A stretch of 63,984 nucleotides of DNA, counting the filler, from Octopus bimaculoides (Eukaryota): NCBI RefSeq assembly GCF_001194135.2. It is 5 parts of 5 records of this genome, joined end to end, with 100 filler letters (N's around TTAATTAATTAA, not from the genome) between each part and the next. Parts side by side here need not be neighbours in the genome. Positions count along the whole stretch, not along the records: positions 32,927 to 56,410 come from NC_068985.1; positions 56,511 to 63,984 come from NC_068982.1; 3 more parts are not named here. One strand, 5' to 3'. A program made the translations under genes and the position numbers. Within the stretch, counting starts at the first letter, position 1. Every line of letters starts with the position of its first letter. Shown piece by piece: positions 52,679-63,984 of this stretch. Under the pieces are notes generated by a model that was not told the origin of the DNA, searched no databases, and worked only from the letters and a program-made list of their open reading frames with translations.

Positions 52679-52892
52679 GCATACATATATGTATGTGTGA
52701 TGGTGAGCGGTACTGGTGCATGTTATCCAGAACAACCTGCTGCTTAGTCGTGTCATCGGCGACGTCACTGGCAGCCGTAGTATGCTTGCGTAGTAAGGAG
52801 GAATATTGCACACCCTACAAGAATGAAAAGAAAATCTGTCAAATGACAGATTAACTTATAAAATCAACGGTCATCCAATATTGTGTATACAG

Positions 52893-53055
52893 ACTTGGTT
52901 CCCGATATATTTCGTGGAGAGCAGTAAGTCCTGCGTCAATCATAGCCAAACTGGTGATTTTGGTGCAGAAAATACAAATGGCGGTCACATTTTCAACAAT
53001 GGGCAGGCGCAATATGTTCAGTCAGCAGATTATCATGAGAATGAGATTAGTGAAT
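52893..53055 (+). CDS. Candidate exon of an unidentified gene (alternative acceptor at 52969)
   Basis: Donor GTAAGT at 53056; open frame TWFPIYFVES...GGHIFNNGQAQYVQSADYHENEISE; no recognisable homology. Confidence 0.2.
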
Positions 53056-53555
53056 GTAAGTGACCACTAGTCCTTGTTAGGATATCATACTAAGGAAAAC
53101 AGAGATGTAAAACCTTTGGCTCCAGGGCAGCCAATGACGAAAACTAGTTATTCTTTTTAGGGTTTCTGTCATCCTTGTTCAGGTAGTATGATTGGTTGTG
53201 TACAAGGCCTCTACTCACTTTTAAAAAACCATCATGCACAAGTGCTGCTTGACGTACCGGTGTCTTCATGTTAAAGACGAGAAAGAGGAAGCGGCTATCA
53301 TGTAAATTGTATGCTCTCGCGTATGTATGTATATATATATATATATATNNNNNNNNNNNNNNNNNNNNNNNNNNNNNNNNNNNNNNNNNNNNNNNNNNNN
53401 NNNNNNNNNNNNNNNNNNNNNNNNNNNNNNNNNNNNNNNNNNNNNNNNNNNNNNNNNNNNNNNNNNNNNNNNNNNNNNNNNNNNNNNNNNNNNNNNNNNN
53501 NNNNNNNNNNNNNNNNNNNNNNNNNNNNNNNNNNNNNNNNNNNNNNNNNNNNNNA

Positions 53556-53905
53556 TTTGGAAGGAGAATATCGACAAAATTTTGGGTTTCAAGTCAACAC
53601 TAAATGATATAATTAGTAACATTCAATTCACAATGGAATATAACAAAATACAGCTCCCAATTTTAGACATCATGATAACAAACGTCAGCAATCAAATCAT
53701 AACTGACATCAATTATAAAACAACTGATTCAAAACAATATCTCCTCTTTAGCTCATGCCACTCGAAACACATCAAAATAAATATCACTTTCAATTTGGCC
53801 AAAAGGATTTGCACAATAGTGTCTGATATAACTACTCGGGGCCTTCCTCTTCAAGACCTCAAGACAACGCTAACTGAAAGACAATATCCACACTCACTTA
53901 TCCGC
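53556..53905 (+). mobile_element. Penelope-like element reverse transcriptase C-terminal fragment
   Basis: IQFTMEYNKIQLPILDIMI...YKTTDSKQYLLFSSCHSKHIKINITFNLAKRICTIVSD matches the PLE RT thumb signature (FTxE, LPFLD, YxKxTD, YLxFxSCHP). Truncated by a gap upstream and a microsatellite downstream. Confidence 0.85.
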
Positions 53906-53985
53906 TTACGTGTATAAGTGTATGTGTCTATGTCTCTGTGTATATGTTTTTTCCAATAAAGACGCACACAAATGTGTGTGTGTGT

Positions 53986-54060
<75 letters not shown>

Positions 54061-56116
54061 CTAGCTATGACCGACTTATCTTTTTATACATCCTCATGCA
54101 TTAAAGTCCATTTTAAAGCGTCACTTTTATAAAACAGTAGATTGCAATACGAAAATTTGCTTACTATTTTTTTTTAATAGATCACACTATAATACTAATG
54201 AGTATTCCTAGTGTTTGCTCTAATACATTGCTATTAGAGGAATAATATTTGTCTTTACGTGTTGTTATTTGTCGTATTGTTACAGAAATACTTATGAACT
54301 GAAGTGTTGTGAGTTATTCAATTAGAAATACTAAACAGATTTGTCATAAGCACTAGTTCTGACAAATCGAGAATCTTATCCGGCTTGTATAGAATATAAA
54401 TAATTGAGATTGCAACGTTACTCCTTGAACATTACACCGAATGGTTTACTGTACTTTCCGGTACTCAGTTCCAATTTATCAGACCCTAATTCAAAGCAAG
54501 GAACATAGGTTGTGGTACACACCAGCAGGAATTTGGATGCCCAAAAATTGCATGAGAAATGCAGTAGAATACGGAAATATTGTGACGCTGTCAGAATGTT
54601 TATAACAAATGTTTATCCTACATGTTGCTTTGACCATTATGCATACAACATGGAAGTTGTAAAGTCTCATGACTCCTTTGAGTCTCACGAGAGAGTTGTA
54701 TTCTCTAGTACATAGAGACAACAGGATAACGCCGTTAGTAGGATAGGCGGGGAAGAAGTGTCTTTAAATCTGAAAACAATTTGATACGTGCCTCGCACGA
54801 AACACTCGGCCCTCGAGTAACTTTGTGACTTCTGGTGCAATTACTACCCGAACAGAAGGAAACGAAATACAGCACCATGCGATCGTTATAGGAATGATAT
54901 AGGAATTTCCTTAAACGATTAATTTAATTACATCCGCCTCAGTATATTTTCACTTTTATTTCAGCATGACTAGATCGTTTTCTGAATGAGATGGAAACCG
55001 GTGGCATCTCAATAAAAAAATGTAGTTATTTTCTTAAATTTTCATGATTATAGTTCTAAAATCAATATTTTACTGTTTTACAAATCACACACACACACGT
55101 CAGAGAATGCGAGGCCATATTTATGTATTATGCAGCTGTTAAGTGATTAATGAGATCAATAAATCTTTTGATTAAATTAAGCATCTGCACTTCATTATCT
55201 GTAGATAAAAATTCAGATATTTTCATTGGAAAAATAATGTAAACTCGATATTCGCCCATATTTTTGTCATGCAGTTTGGAAGTGCCGGTTCTCCCATTCT
55301 TTGATACATCTGAAATAAGGAGGAAGGTACCGCAGCGTTTCTATAAATCACGCGTTACTTTTTCAACGTATGTTTTAAAGTCTTTTCTCGACACTCAATG
55401 AATTTCAAAACCATATCGAACCTGTTGATGCATTTCTTTGGTTGTCTTTTTAATTTGTATCACCTAATGGTCTGTGGCCATGCTGGAGGCCCGTCTTGGA
55501 GGTCATAGAACCATTAAGTCTTTGGGGCGTAAACAAACCAAAGCCAGCAGTTAAAATTTGATGGAGACAAAGACACACCGACACGCGTATGTATAACTCA
55601 CAAAGAATGCTCGCTGTTTAAGGGTTCTAAAAGACTGTATTTGTGAAGTATTTATTTGTGACTTTTTTCTGTCCTCCCCTAATGTTTTCAGCTGTTTTAC
55701 CGAATAATGATTTGGGCTTATTTATCCATGATGGTATTAGGAATTTCAAGTGCACATCCGGTAAATCAGAATTAAAAACTTCTGGCTTTGTGCCGAAATA
55801 CTTCGCATAGACCTATAAATTCTTCATTACTATCTTCGTAGGATTCGCTAGCTATGAGCATTATGCCAAACAATCCCAAGTTACCCAATGATTCCGTAAT
55901 AAGGATCTGATGTATTTGTGGAAAATAATGCATAGATGAGGTGACAATGGATTATTCAGCCAAAGTTCTACAAGAAAGATGGTCAGTAACAGTGCTTATG
56001 TGTGTGTGTGCTAGTGCGAGTGTATGTGTGCTAGTGCGAGTGTATGTGTGTGAGTAATATATATGTATATGTATATGTATATGTGTGTGCGTGTTCGTAT
56101 ATATGTCTATGTGTGT

Positions 56117-56157
<41 letters not shown>

Positions 56158-56238
56158 TTTCTGCAATATACAGCTGTACACTATTCCGTTTCGAAATTGA
56201 GCTGATAGGAATATTCTCTCTGTTTGATGTACTTGCAG

Positions 56239-56262
56239 GAAGAGATAATGATTTTGATTCAA
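56239..56262 (+). CDS. Candidate 24-nt frame-preserving micro-exon of an unidentified gene
   Basis: Acceptor TCTCTCTGTTTGATGTACTTGCAG and donor GTGAGT; no internal stop in phase 0 (EEIMILIQ) or phase 1 (RDNDFDS). Confidence 0.25.
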
Positions 56263-56410
56263 GTGAGTGCAGCGGTGCTGTTCGATTACTTCGACTGGGA
56301 TACTGTCTTCGCCTCAGGCATAAATATGTATATATATCTATGTATGAGTTGTTGTGTCTGAATATGTATGTATGTATGTATGTATGTAAGTACTCTGTAC
56401 GCGTGTGTAT

Positions 56411-56510
56411 NNNNNNNNNNNNNNNNNNNNNNNNNNNNNNNNNNNNNNNNNNNNTTAATTAATTAANNNNNNNNNNNNNNNNNNNNNNNNNNNNNNNNNN
56501 NNNNNNNNNN
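56411..56510. other. Artificial assembly linker
   Basis: Same 44+12+44 structure. Confidence 0.92.
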
Positions 56511-56551
<41 letters not shown>

Positions 56552-57468
56552 TTGAATGTGTGTACCTGAGGGCTTGTTTATATTTAATCAAAAGAAAGTG
56601 TATGACTATATTTCTTTTGTATAAACACTATTTTATTTCCATGCATATTTATGACCATTTAGTATTTGTTAGTTGTCATGTATCTCTTTGAATTGCATGC
56701 TTTGAACTGAGGTTTTCTGCTGGAAGAATAAAAGACAAGGAAGTTGAATAGAACGACATTTGATCATTTGTATCCTTGAGCTAATCTATAAATTTTCTAG
56801 TGTTCCATTGTATATGCTCAGTAAGCTGTGTTTTTTAGACTTCAAGTTTGCCGGGATTTTTTGCTTAGTTTCTAGTTTTTCCGCAAGGTTTTTTAGGCTT
56901 CATTTTTAGTTTTGGTAGGCAGGCTTGTTTGGTTTCTGTTAGGAATTCCCGTGTCTTGTACTTGCAATTCTAGTTTTTGCTAGTTTATTTTCGTAAAACT
57001 TAGTTACGTAGTTATTGAAAATATATATCTATCGTGTCTGGAAATAAGCTTTTTTTCTGGTCTATGGTAATATTCCACGACAGCATATATTTTATTCTCT
57101 GTAGCTTTGAAGTTCTTCCTACTATATCATATCTATGAGTTTTGATTCGAATTTGTTACGTCTTCTAGTAAGGTTTTTGAAATAGGATGGGGGTGTTACT
57201 GGCTTTTACACCAAGCGTCGCCCTGGATAGAGTATATGATATATNNNNNNNNNNNNNNNNNNNNNNNNNNTATATATATATATATATATATTGTCGATAT
57301 GTTTCAGGTTGATGCAAAAATAATTGTAGTTTTCACTCATACTGAAATATATACCTCAGAATAAATAGCATTAATTGCTGGTGTTGATTGCAATTAATGA
57401 CTACTAAACACAACATTTTTGCAAAGAGATATAAAGACATAACAGCTCAAATATCCATTTCGATAGTG

Positions 57469-57898
57469 TTATAACATTCTATTTTTCCTGAACCGAACTG
57501 ATGAACTCTTCGAATACGTTTGAGCTGCTGTTTTGATTGTTGAAGATTTTCTGGACGCAACCATCCAGGTACTTGCAAATGGAGTAAAATTGTAGTAGTT
57601 CAGGGAACGATCTAAATTACTCGCTAAAGTTTCATAGCCCAGTTCCTTTAATATTTGCAGCCATTTGTATTTTTCTGCAGAAGTCGTGGCCCTTACCGAC
57701 TGACTAATGCGTGATATGACGATCCTCGGTGCATATTGTGGAGTTCCTAGCAATATTTTCTGCTTTCAGTATTTTGTTAAAATTCAAGAAGCATTTACAG
57801 ATGATTTCAGTTTTCAACTCCATGGCTCTGGTTCGAAGATTTGGATTGCGAAAGTCTTTTAGTCTTTCACTTTGGCTGTCCCACCAATTGGGATACAA
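57469..57898 (-). pseudogene. Two overlapping non-repetitive ORFs that, joined by one frameshift, resemble a CARD/death-fold domain
   Basis: LRTRAMELKTEIICKCFLNFNKILKAE / KILLGTPQYAPRIVISRI...KYKWLQILKELGYETLASNL; pattern resemblance only. Confidence 0.25.
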
Positions 57899-58482
57899 TC
57901 AGCTCGGTTACAGAGTCCGTATTCTTTACACGTTTTGATTACAACATGAAATAGAACGACATCTGTTTATTGCCTTTCGGCTTATCCAACACCTTGTAAT
58001 CTTGCGTTCACTTTCTCTGCGAGGAAAATAGCGGAAAACGGTTTATCGGCGATTGTTTAGTATTTCGATCTCCTGGGTTATATTTCTTGGTTGTGATTAA
58101 TAAATGATTTCAAAGAGGAATCAACACAGAAAGGTAAAATAATAGCATGAGTCAATAGACAGATATCTAAGTTTCAGCAAAAGTATATTATAAGAACAAA
58201 TCAAAGTATATAGTATATACAAAAATATATAAAAAAATACAAAATAAACAAAACGTAATTGTAACTGTACTAACATAATACACACACACACACATACATG
58301 CATATATACATACATACATACATACATACACCTACTCCATATATATATATATATGTATACATATGCGTGTATACATATATACATGTGTATGTATATATAN
58401 NNNNNNNNNNNNNNNNNNNNNNNNNNNNNNNNNNNNNNNNNNNNNNNNNNNNNNNNNNNNNNNNNNNNNNNNNNNNNNNNNN

Positions 58483-58527
<45 letters not shown>

Positions 58528-58915
58528 ATGTGTATATATATTTATATATATGTTAGTGCATGTGGATGCAGACATACACACAAGCACCCACTCATATATA
58601 CAATGTATGTTTTGTGAATGACTTTATATGTACACTATTATACTCGATGACCTACAGCTTTGTTGCTATAAACATAATCGACAATAATTGTGTGATGGTA
58701 ATATTCGTGACACAGTTATTGTCGATTATATGTTAGTGTAGCTGGAGGCTCTTCTGTTCAATAAAATAAATCACATTCTCACCACACGAGCATAGAGATA
58801 GACAGATCACATACATATTACCCAATACAGTTGAAAGATATCTGTATGTGAAATAAGTAGGTTTAAGTGTTTATGCGTGTATATATCTTCCTCGGTCACG
58901 AGTGGACGGCCATCA

Positions 58916-59035
<120 letters not shown>

Positions 59036-59326
59036 TAGCCCCTCACACACCAACACACCAACACAGACACAGGGGAGGGAGATAGTTAAGATGAGACTCA
59101 TTCTAAGCTAGCCAGGGGCCTTAATTTTAGAAAGTAGAGATGAGTCAACTTAGTCGATCACGGTACTTCATTTTATCGAAAATGAATGATAAAAGAGAGC
59201 GTTCAAATTCTCGGGAATTGAACATATACCAGAAGAGGTAGTACCAAAACTAATAAGGTAACGATTCTTGTCATTATCCTTATACATTATTCATAATAAC
59301 TGTTTCACAACCTGACATAAATCTAT

Positions 59327-59376
<50 letters not shown>

Positions 59377-59419
59377 TGCAATAGTATCAGTAGTAGTGAC
59401 AGTAGTAGTAATAGTAGTT

Positions 59420-60560
59420 ACTGAGAAGATATTTGAAGAAGAAAACCTAAACAATTTTCCATAGTTTCAGCAAAGAAAGACATGCGGATGAGAATGGCAT
59501 TGTACAGATCTGTTAAAATGTTTGAACAATCGGCAAATTAATGAGCTCTGAAAACACTGCACTCAATATGGATAAAGAAATCAAAGAATTAGGCCAGAAC
59601 CACCCATACACATATCTAGGAATAGACAAAATACAATACTTAGAAATGAAAGAGAAAGTTAAGTACGATTATTAGAGAAGAGTTAAACTAATTTTAATGA
59701 CAATGCTAAAAATGAGAAAATCTAGATACATATGCTAACCAAATCAATAATAAATTACAGCTTCAACCAAACAAACTTGAAGAATTGTAAATTGAGAAAC
59801 TTAGAATAAAACAGAAAACTATTTACAGCATACCGAAGTTACCCCCTCAAAACCAGACACAAGCAGAATATACCTACTGCGCTCAATATGAGGTAGTGTG
59901 ATAAAGATAGAAAACAATTATGGAATTACAGTAGTTGGACTAAAAGTTTAATAGAAACTAGGTAACTACTTCATATAATAAAGCAACACGAACAAATAAA
60001 AACGCTTTTCTCTATACACAAGGAAGCGATAAACTACAAAACAGAAACAAACTGCACTGAAACACAGCAGAAATGATTAATGAGATTTAAAAAAAAACAA
60101 CAACAACACAAAAACAGAACTACAAAATACTAAAGTCGAAATGGCGAGAAAGATCACTGAATGACCAAGACTTGATAGAGAAGAATTGAACGTAAGTGAA
60201 AGCCAACAATGGCTGAAAAACTCAGAAATAAAATCAGAAACAGAAGGACTGATTCTCGTTGCACAAGATCAATGCCTGACCACAAACACTAAAAGAAAAT
60301 GTGGAAGCAACATAATTAGCCAGTTGACTATATCATCAATGGCTGCCCCACCTTAACCAAATTTGAATATCTATACAGACATGACTGAGTAGGTAGCTAT
60401 ATCCGCTAGGCTATATGGTAACTCTAAACAATGAAAAGAAATAGTAAAAACTTATGACAAACAAGTCATATAAAAATGACGAGCCACAGTCATCTATGAC
60501 GGTGTCAATACAAACCGACCAAGAAATAAAAGCGAATCACTGAGATGTAATAACCAAGGA
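59420..60560 (+). mobile_element. Heavily decayed R4/Dong-like retrotransposon (RT C-terminal region to zinc knuckle)
   Basis: Broken-frame motifs YTYLGI, KPDTSRIYLLRS (HPKADVxRLYLPR-like), WLKNSEIKSETEGLILVAQDQCLTTN, IINGCPTLTKFEYLYRHD. Confidence 0.75.
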
Positions 60561-60728
60561 CAGAAAAAAAACCCGCATCCTTTCGGATGGGTATGGCAGT
60601 CACTTCTGTCCAAAATATTGCCCAAATATAAGAAACTGTCAAAATAGAAATATCTTGAAACTGAAATAATCAAGATGTGGTGCATTAAGACATATATACA
60701 TATGTTATACCAATAACAACTTATATAT

Positions 60729-61605
60729 AAATGGGCAGACAAAAACAAAACGAAACTGAACGAAGGAAAATTTGAGCTGATACATTTTGGAAGAAAGTCT
60801 ATACTGAAACAGCCATACTCTCTTCCCTCAGGGGAACCGCTCACAGCATCCAATTGTATCATAGATCTGGGTATATTTGTTGATAACAATCTCAATTGTA
60901 GTGCCCACATCAGCTATAAGGTCAATATAGCTCGTGCTCGTAGGACAGGCTCCTGGATCTTAAGAACTTTCCGGTCCAGAGAACAAGGTGTCATCATTCC
61001 TTTGTACGGCTACATCTCGAATGCTGCTGCCCCCTGTGGTCTCTCCATACAAAACAAAACATCTCGAGCATTGAATCACCCCAGAGGGCACTCACTAAAC
61101 GAATTGAAGGCATGAATGATATCAATTACTGGAACCACCTTAACCCTTGAAGCTCTACTCTCTCCAGCGCGGCCGCGAGCGGTACAACATCTGTACGATG
61201 TGGAGAATATACCGCCAGCATTGCTCAAGCGACCTGAACATTAGTTTCAAGGTTCATCTAAGGCTAGGATCACGGGCAATAGTCCCCTGCCAAATTCAGG
61301 ATCACAACATATAGGTACACTGCGGCATAATTTCTTTTCCTCAACAAGCCCTGCCCTGTTTAACATTGTCCCGAAAGAGATTAAAGAGGAAAAGGATCGT
61401 ATCAGCTTTAAACGGTGTCTAGACAGATTTCTTCAAGGAATACCAGATAAGCCACCCATACCTGGATACAAATCACTCAACAAGAACTCTCTACTTGAAT
61501 GGACCATAAACAAAACTTGACTTTAAAATGATTTAGATAATCTTATCAGGTGGTGCTGTTAAGTTAGACCATAGCCTGGACCAATCTCGAAACATATCTA
61601 AGTTG
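60729..61605 (+). mobile_element. 5'-truncated, decayed CR1/L2-type LINE (RT C-terminus and 3' UTR)
   Basis: Motifs KWADKNK.KLNEGKFELIHFGRK, DLGIFVDNNL, WILRTFRSRE, LECCCPLWS, ESPQRALTKRIEGMNDINYWNHL, LYSLQRGRERY, FKRCLDRFLQGIPDKP; short ATCTAAGTT tandem at the tail. Confidence 0.82.
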
Positions 61606-62178
61606 ATCTAAGTTTATACATANNNNNNNNNNNNNNNNNNNNNNNNNNNNNNNNNNNNNNNNNNNNNNNNNNNNNNNNNNNNNNNNNNNNNNNNNNNNNN
61701 NNNNNNNNNNNNNNNNNNNNNNNNNNNNNNNNNNNNNNNNNNNNNNNNNNNNNNNNNNNNNNNNNNNNNNNNNNNNNNNNNNNNNNNNNNNNNNNNNNNN
61801 NNNNNNNNNNNNNNNNNNNNNNNNNNNNNNNNNNNNNNNNNNNNNNNNNNNNNNNNNNNNNNNNNNNNNNNNNNNNNNNNNNNNNNNNNNNNNNNNNNNN
61901 NNNNNNNNNNNNNNNNNNNNNNNNNNNNNNNNNNNNNNNNNNNNNNNNNNNNNNNNNNNNNNNNNNNNNNNNNNNNNNNNNNNNNNNNNNNNNNNNNNNN
62001 NNNNNNNNNNNNNNNNNNNNNNNNNNNNNNNNNNNNNNNNNNNNNNNNNNNNNNNNNNNNNNNNNNNNNNNNNNNNNNNNNNNNNNNNNNNNNNNNNNNN
62101 NNNNNNNNNNNNNNNNNNNNNNNNNNNNNNNNNNNNNNNNNNNNNNNNNNNNNNNNNNNNNNNNNNNNNNNNNNNNNN

Positions 62179-62216
<38 letters not shown>

Positions 62217-62336
62217 TCTATATATATGTATACACTGCACAAATGTATGTAATAGATACCCTTATAATCGTTAAACGTTACCTATATCTGAAATTATACA
62301 TTCGAATTATTTATTAATGATAATAATGTTAATATC

Positions 62337-62700
62337 TAATATTTAGTCGACATACCCTTTGTATATTTCAGTGCAAGGACCCTATTAGGGATGCTACGAA
62401 TCTGATGGCGAATATTTTCTTTAGAAATTTCTTGTCAAGTTTCATGCAGTGATCTCAAAAGATTTGTCTTTGAGAATGCTTTTCTGTTCTTTTTACGAAG
62501 TGTTTTGTCTATCATGCCGCAGAGGTGTTCAAAAGGGTCTATATCTGGTGGATCGCTTGACCATCGAAGTTTTTTTAATGGCATTCTCTTCAAACAAATC
62601 TTGGGCTTTTGTAGCCGAGTGGCAAGAAGCCCCATATTCCATAAATAAATTATCTTCTTAGTCATTTTACCACTGGGCAAGATTTCCTTTCTGCAATATG
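62337..62700 (-). mobile_element. Decayed Tc1-family (DD34E-type) transposase C-terminal fragment
   Basis: Minus-strand frames give FMEYGASCHSATKAQ, then WSSDPPDIDPFEHLCGMI, then T*QEISKENIRHQIRSIPNRVLALKYTKGMSTKY*, matching the Tc1 motifs QDGAPCH, SPDLNPIEHLW and KGGxTKY. Confidence 0.75.
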
Positions 62701-63400
62701 GACACATATTCATCTTAGTTCTTCCCTTTTCTGGTGAATTGCACATTCACGCTATAAACTGTAGAAAGTGGGATCCTAAGGTTTTCTGCGATTTTACGTT
62801 GACTAAACCCACCTTCAGATTGACCACAATACAGCTTCTTTGAAATTTGGACAGTTGCAAGATTTCTTTTGTATGCGACGTGAGTAAAGAGTCACATGTA
62901 GAACCTGAAACAAAAATGTTAATTAATAAAAAATATAAATATTTTCAAGTTAAAATAAACTTAAAACGATGTTTTATGATGTGTCTATTTACTTCTGTTA
63001 TGTCTTTATATATATGTCTGTGTGTGTGTGTGTGTGTGTCTGTGAGTATGTGTGTGTGTATGAATTATCTCTATATATTTATATATTCTTATGCTTGGGT
63101 GCTTGTTAATATTTAATCGACAATAACAGTGGGATGGATATATTTCTTCTGTATAAAACAATCTCTTCTCCTGGCTCTAACGTGGCACAGATTTTCAAAT
63201 AACTTCCTATATGCAGTCGATGAAACAATGCGACAAAACCATTTTCATATTGTATGAGAACATTTTTTACTTGAAGCTACATTCTGAATAATCTTTTCTA
63301 TAATAAAAGAGATATAGCTCTTCTCATTTTACTGTTTCAGTGACTCTGCTTTTATTAAATATACATATACACACATACACACACACACACGCACACATAA

Positions 63401-63628
63401 GTAGCTCAGTGGTTAGAGCATCGAGTTTACTATCCTATCGTAAGCTTGTGAATTCGATTCCCGGACCGGTTGTGTTTCGTGTTCTTGGACAAGACACTAT
63501 ATTTTACGTTGCGACGTCACTGGTGCTAAGCTGTATCAGCCTTTGCCGGAGAGGCGACTTTCCACCCACACTTGTACCCGGAGGGGAACCTCTTAAGAGT
63601 ATCCATGGTTATTCGTGACCGACGGAGT
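63401..63628 (+). mobile_element. SINE family C (tRNA-like head)
   Basis: A-box TAGCTCAGTGG, B-box GAATTCGATTCC; body GTGACGTCACTGGTGC.AAGCTGTATC is shared with 35760-36066. Confidence 0.72.
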
Positions 63629-63705
63629 CAAGTTATACATTCACACACACACACATATGTATTATCAGGTAGTTAGGTATAGCCTAGCCTTTATTTCATA
63701 TCTAA

Positions 63706-63920
63706 GGTGATGAGCAGGCAGAAATGTTAGTGCGCCAGCCGAAATGCTTAGCGGTATTTCGTCTGTCTTTACGTTGTGAGTTCAAATTCCGTCGAGGTCG
63801 ACTTTGACTTTCATCCTTTCGGGGCCGATAAATTAAATACCAGTTGCATACTGGTGTCGATTTAATCGACTGCCCCCACCTCCAAAAAATTTCAGGCCTT
63901 CTGCCTAGAGTAGAAAAGAA
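63706..63920 (+). mobile_element. SINE family B, full length with 14-bp TSD
   Basis: Same body as 19235-19445; TATTTCATATCTAA is duplicated at 63692-63705 and 63921-63934. Confidence 0.9.
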
Positions 63921-63946
63921 TATTTCATATCTAAATTAACTAAGTT

Positions 63947-63984
<38 letters not shown>

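Noticed and set aside
63401-63470. tRNA-like sequence with A and B boxes
   Set aside because: It continues directly into SINE family C body and has no cloverleaf or terminator.

Overview
AT-rich, microsatellite-saturated, gap-rich animal genomic DNA. The repeat content (tRNA-derived SINEs, extreme dinucleotide, trinucleotide and tetranucleotide repeats) suggests an octopus; this is inference, not a database match. Four artificial 100-bp linkers (44 N + TTAATTAATTAA + 44 N) split the window into five joined segments. I could not identify any protein-coding gene with confidence, and nearly all long ORFs in the track are microsatellite or N artefacts. The one clear gene is an elongator tRNA-Met(CAT) on the minus strand (32273-32366) with a 21-nt intron at the canonical 37/38 site and a Pol III terminator. 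The rest is mobile DNA: three tRNA-headed SINE families, decayed R4/Dong-like, CR1/L2-like and Penelope-like retroelements, Tc1/mariner relics and MITEs. Most interesting: (1) the intron-containing tRNA-Met, an isotype not normally intron-bearing in well-studied animals; (2) several unrelated short repeats carrying minimal type I hammerhead-ribozyme-like motifs with palindromic stem III, two of them in long fold-back elements with the motif at the outer ends; (3) additional near-perfect hairpins; (4) a frameshifted CARD/death-fold-like reading frame (speculative).
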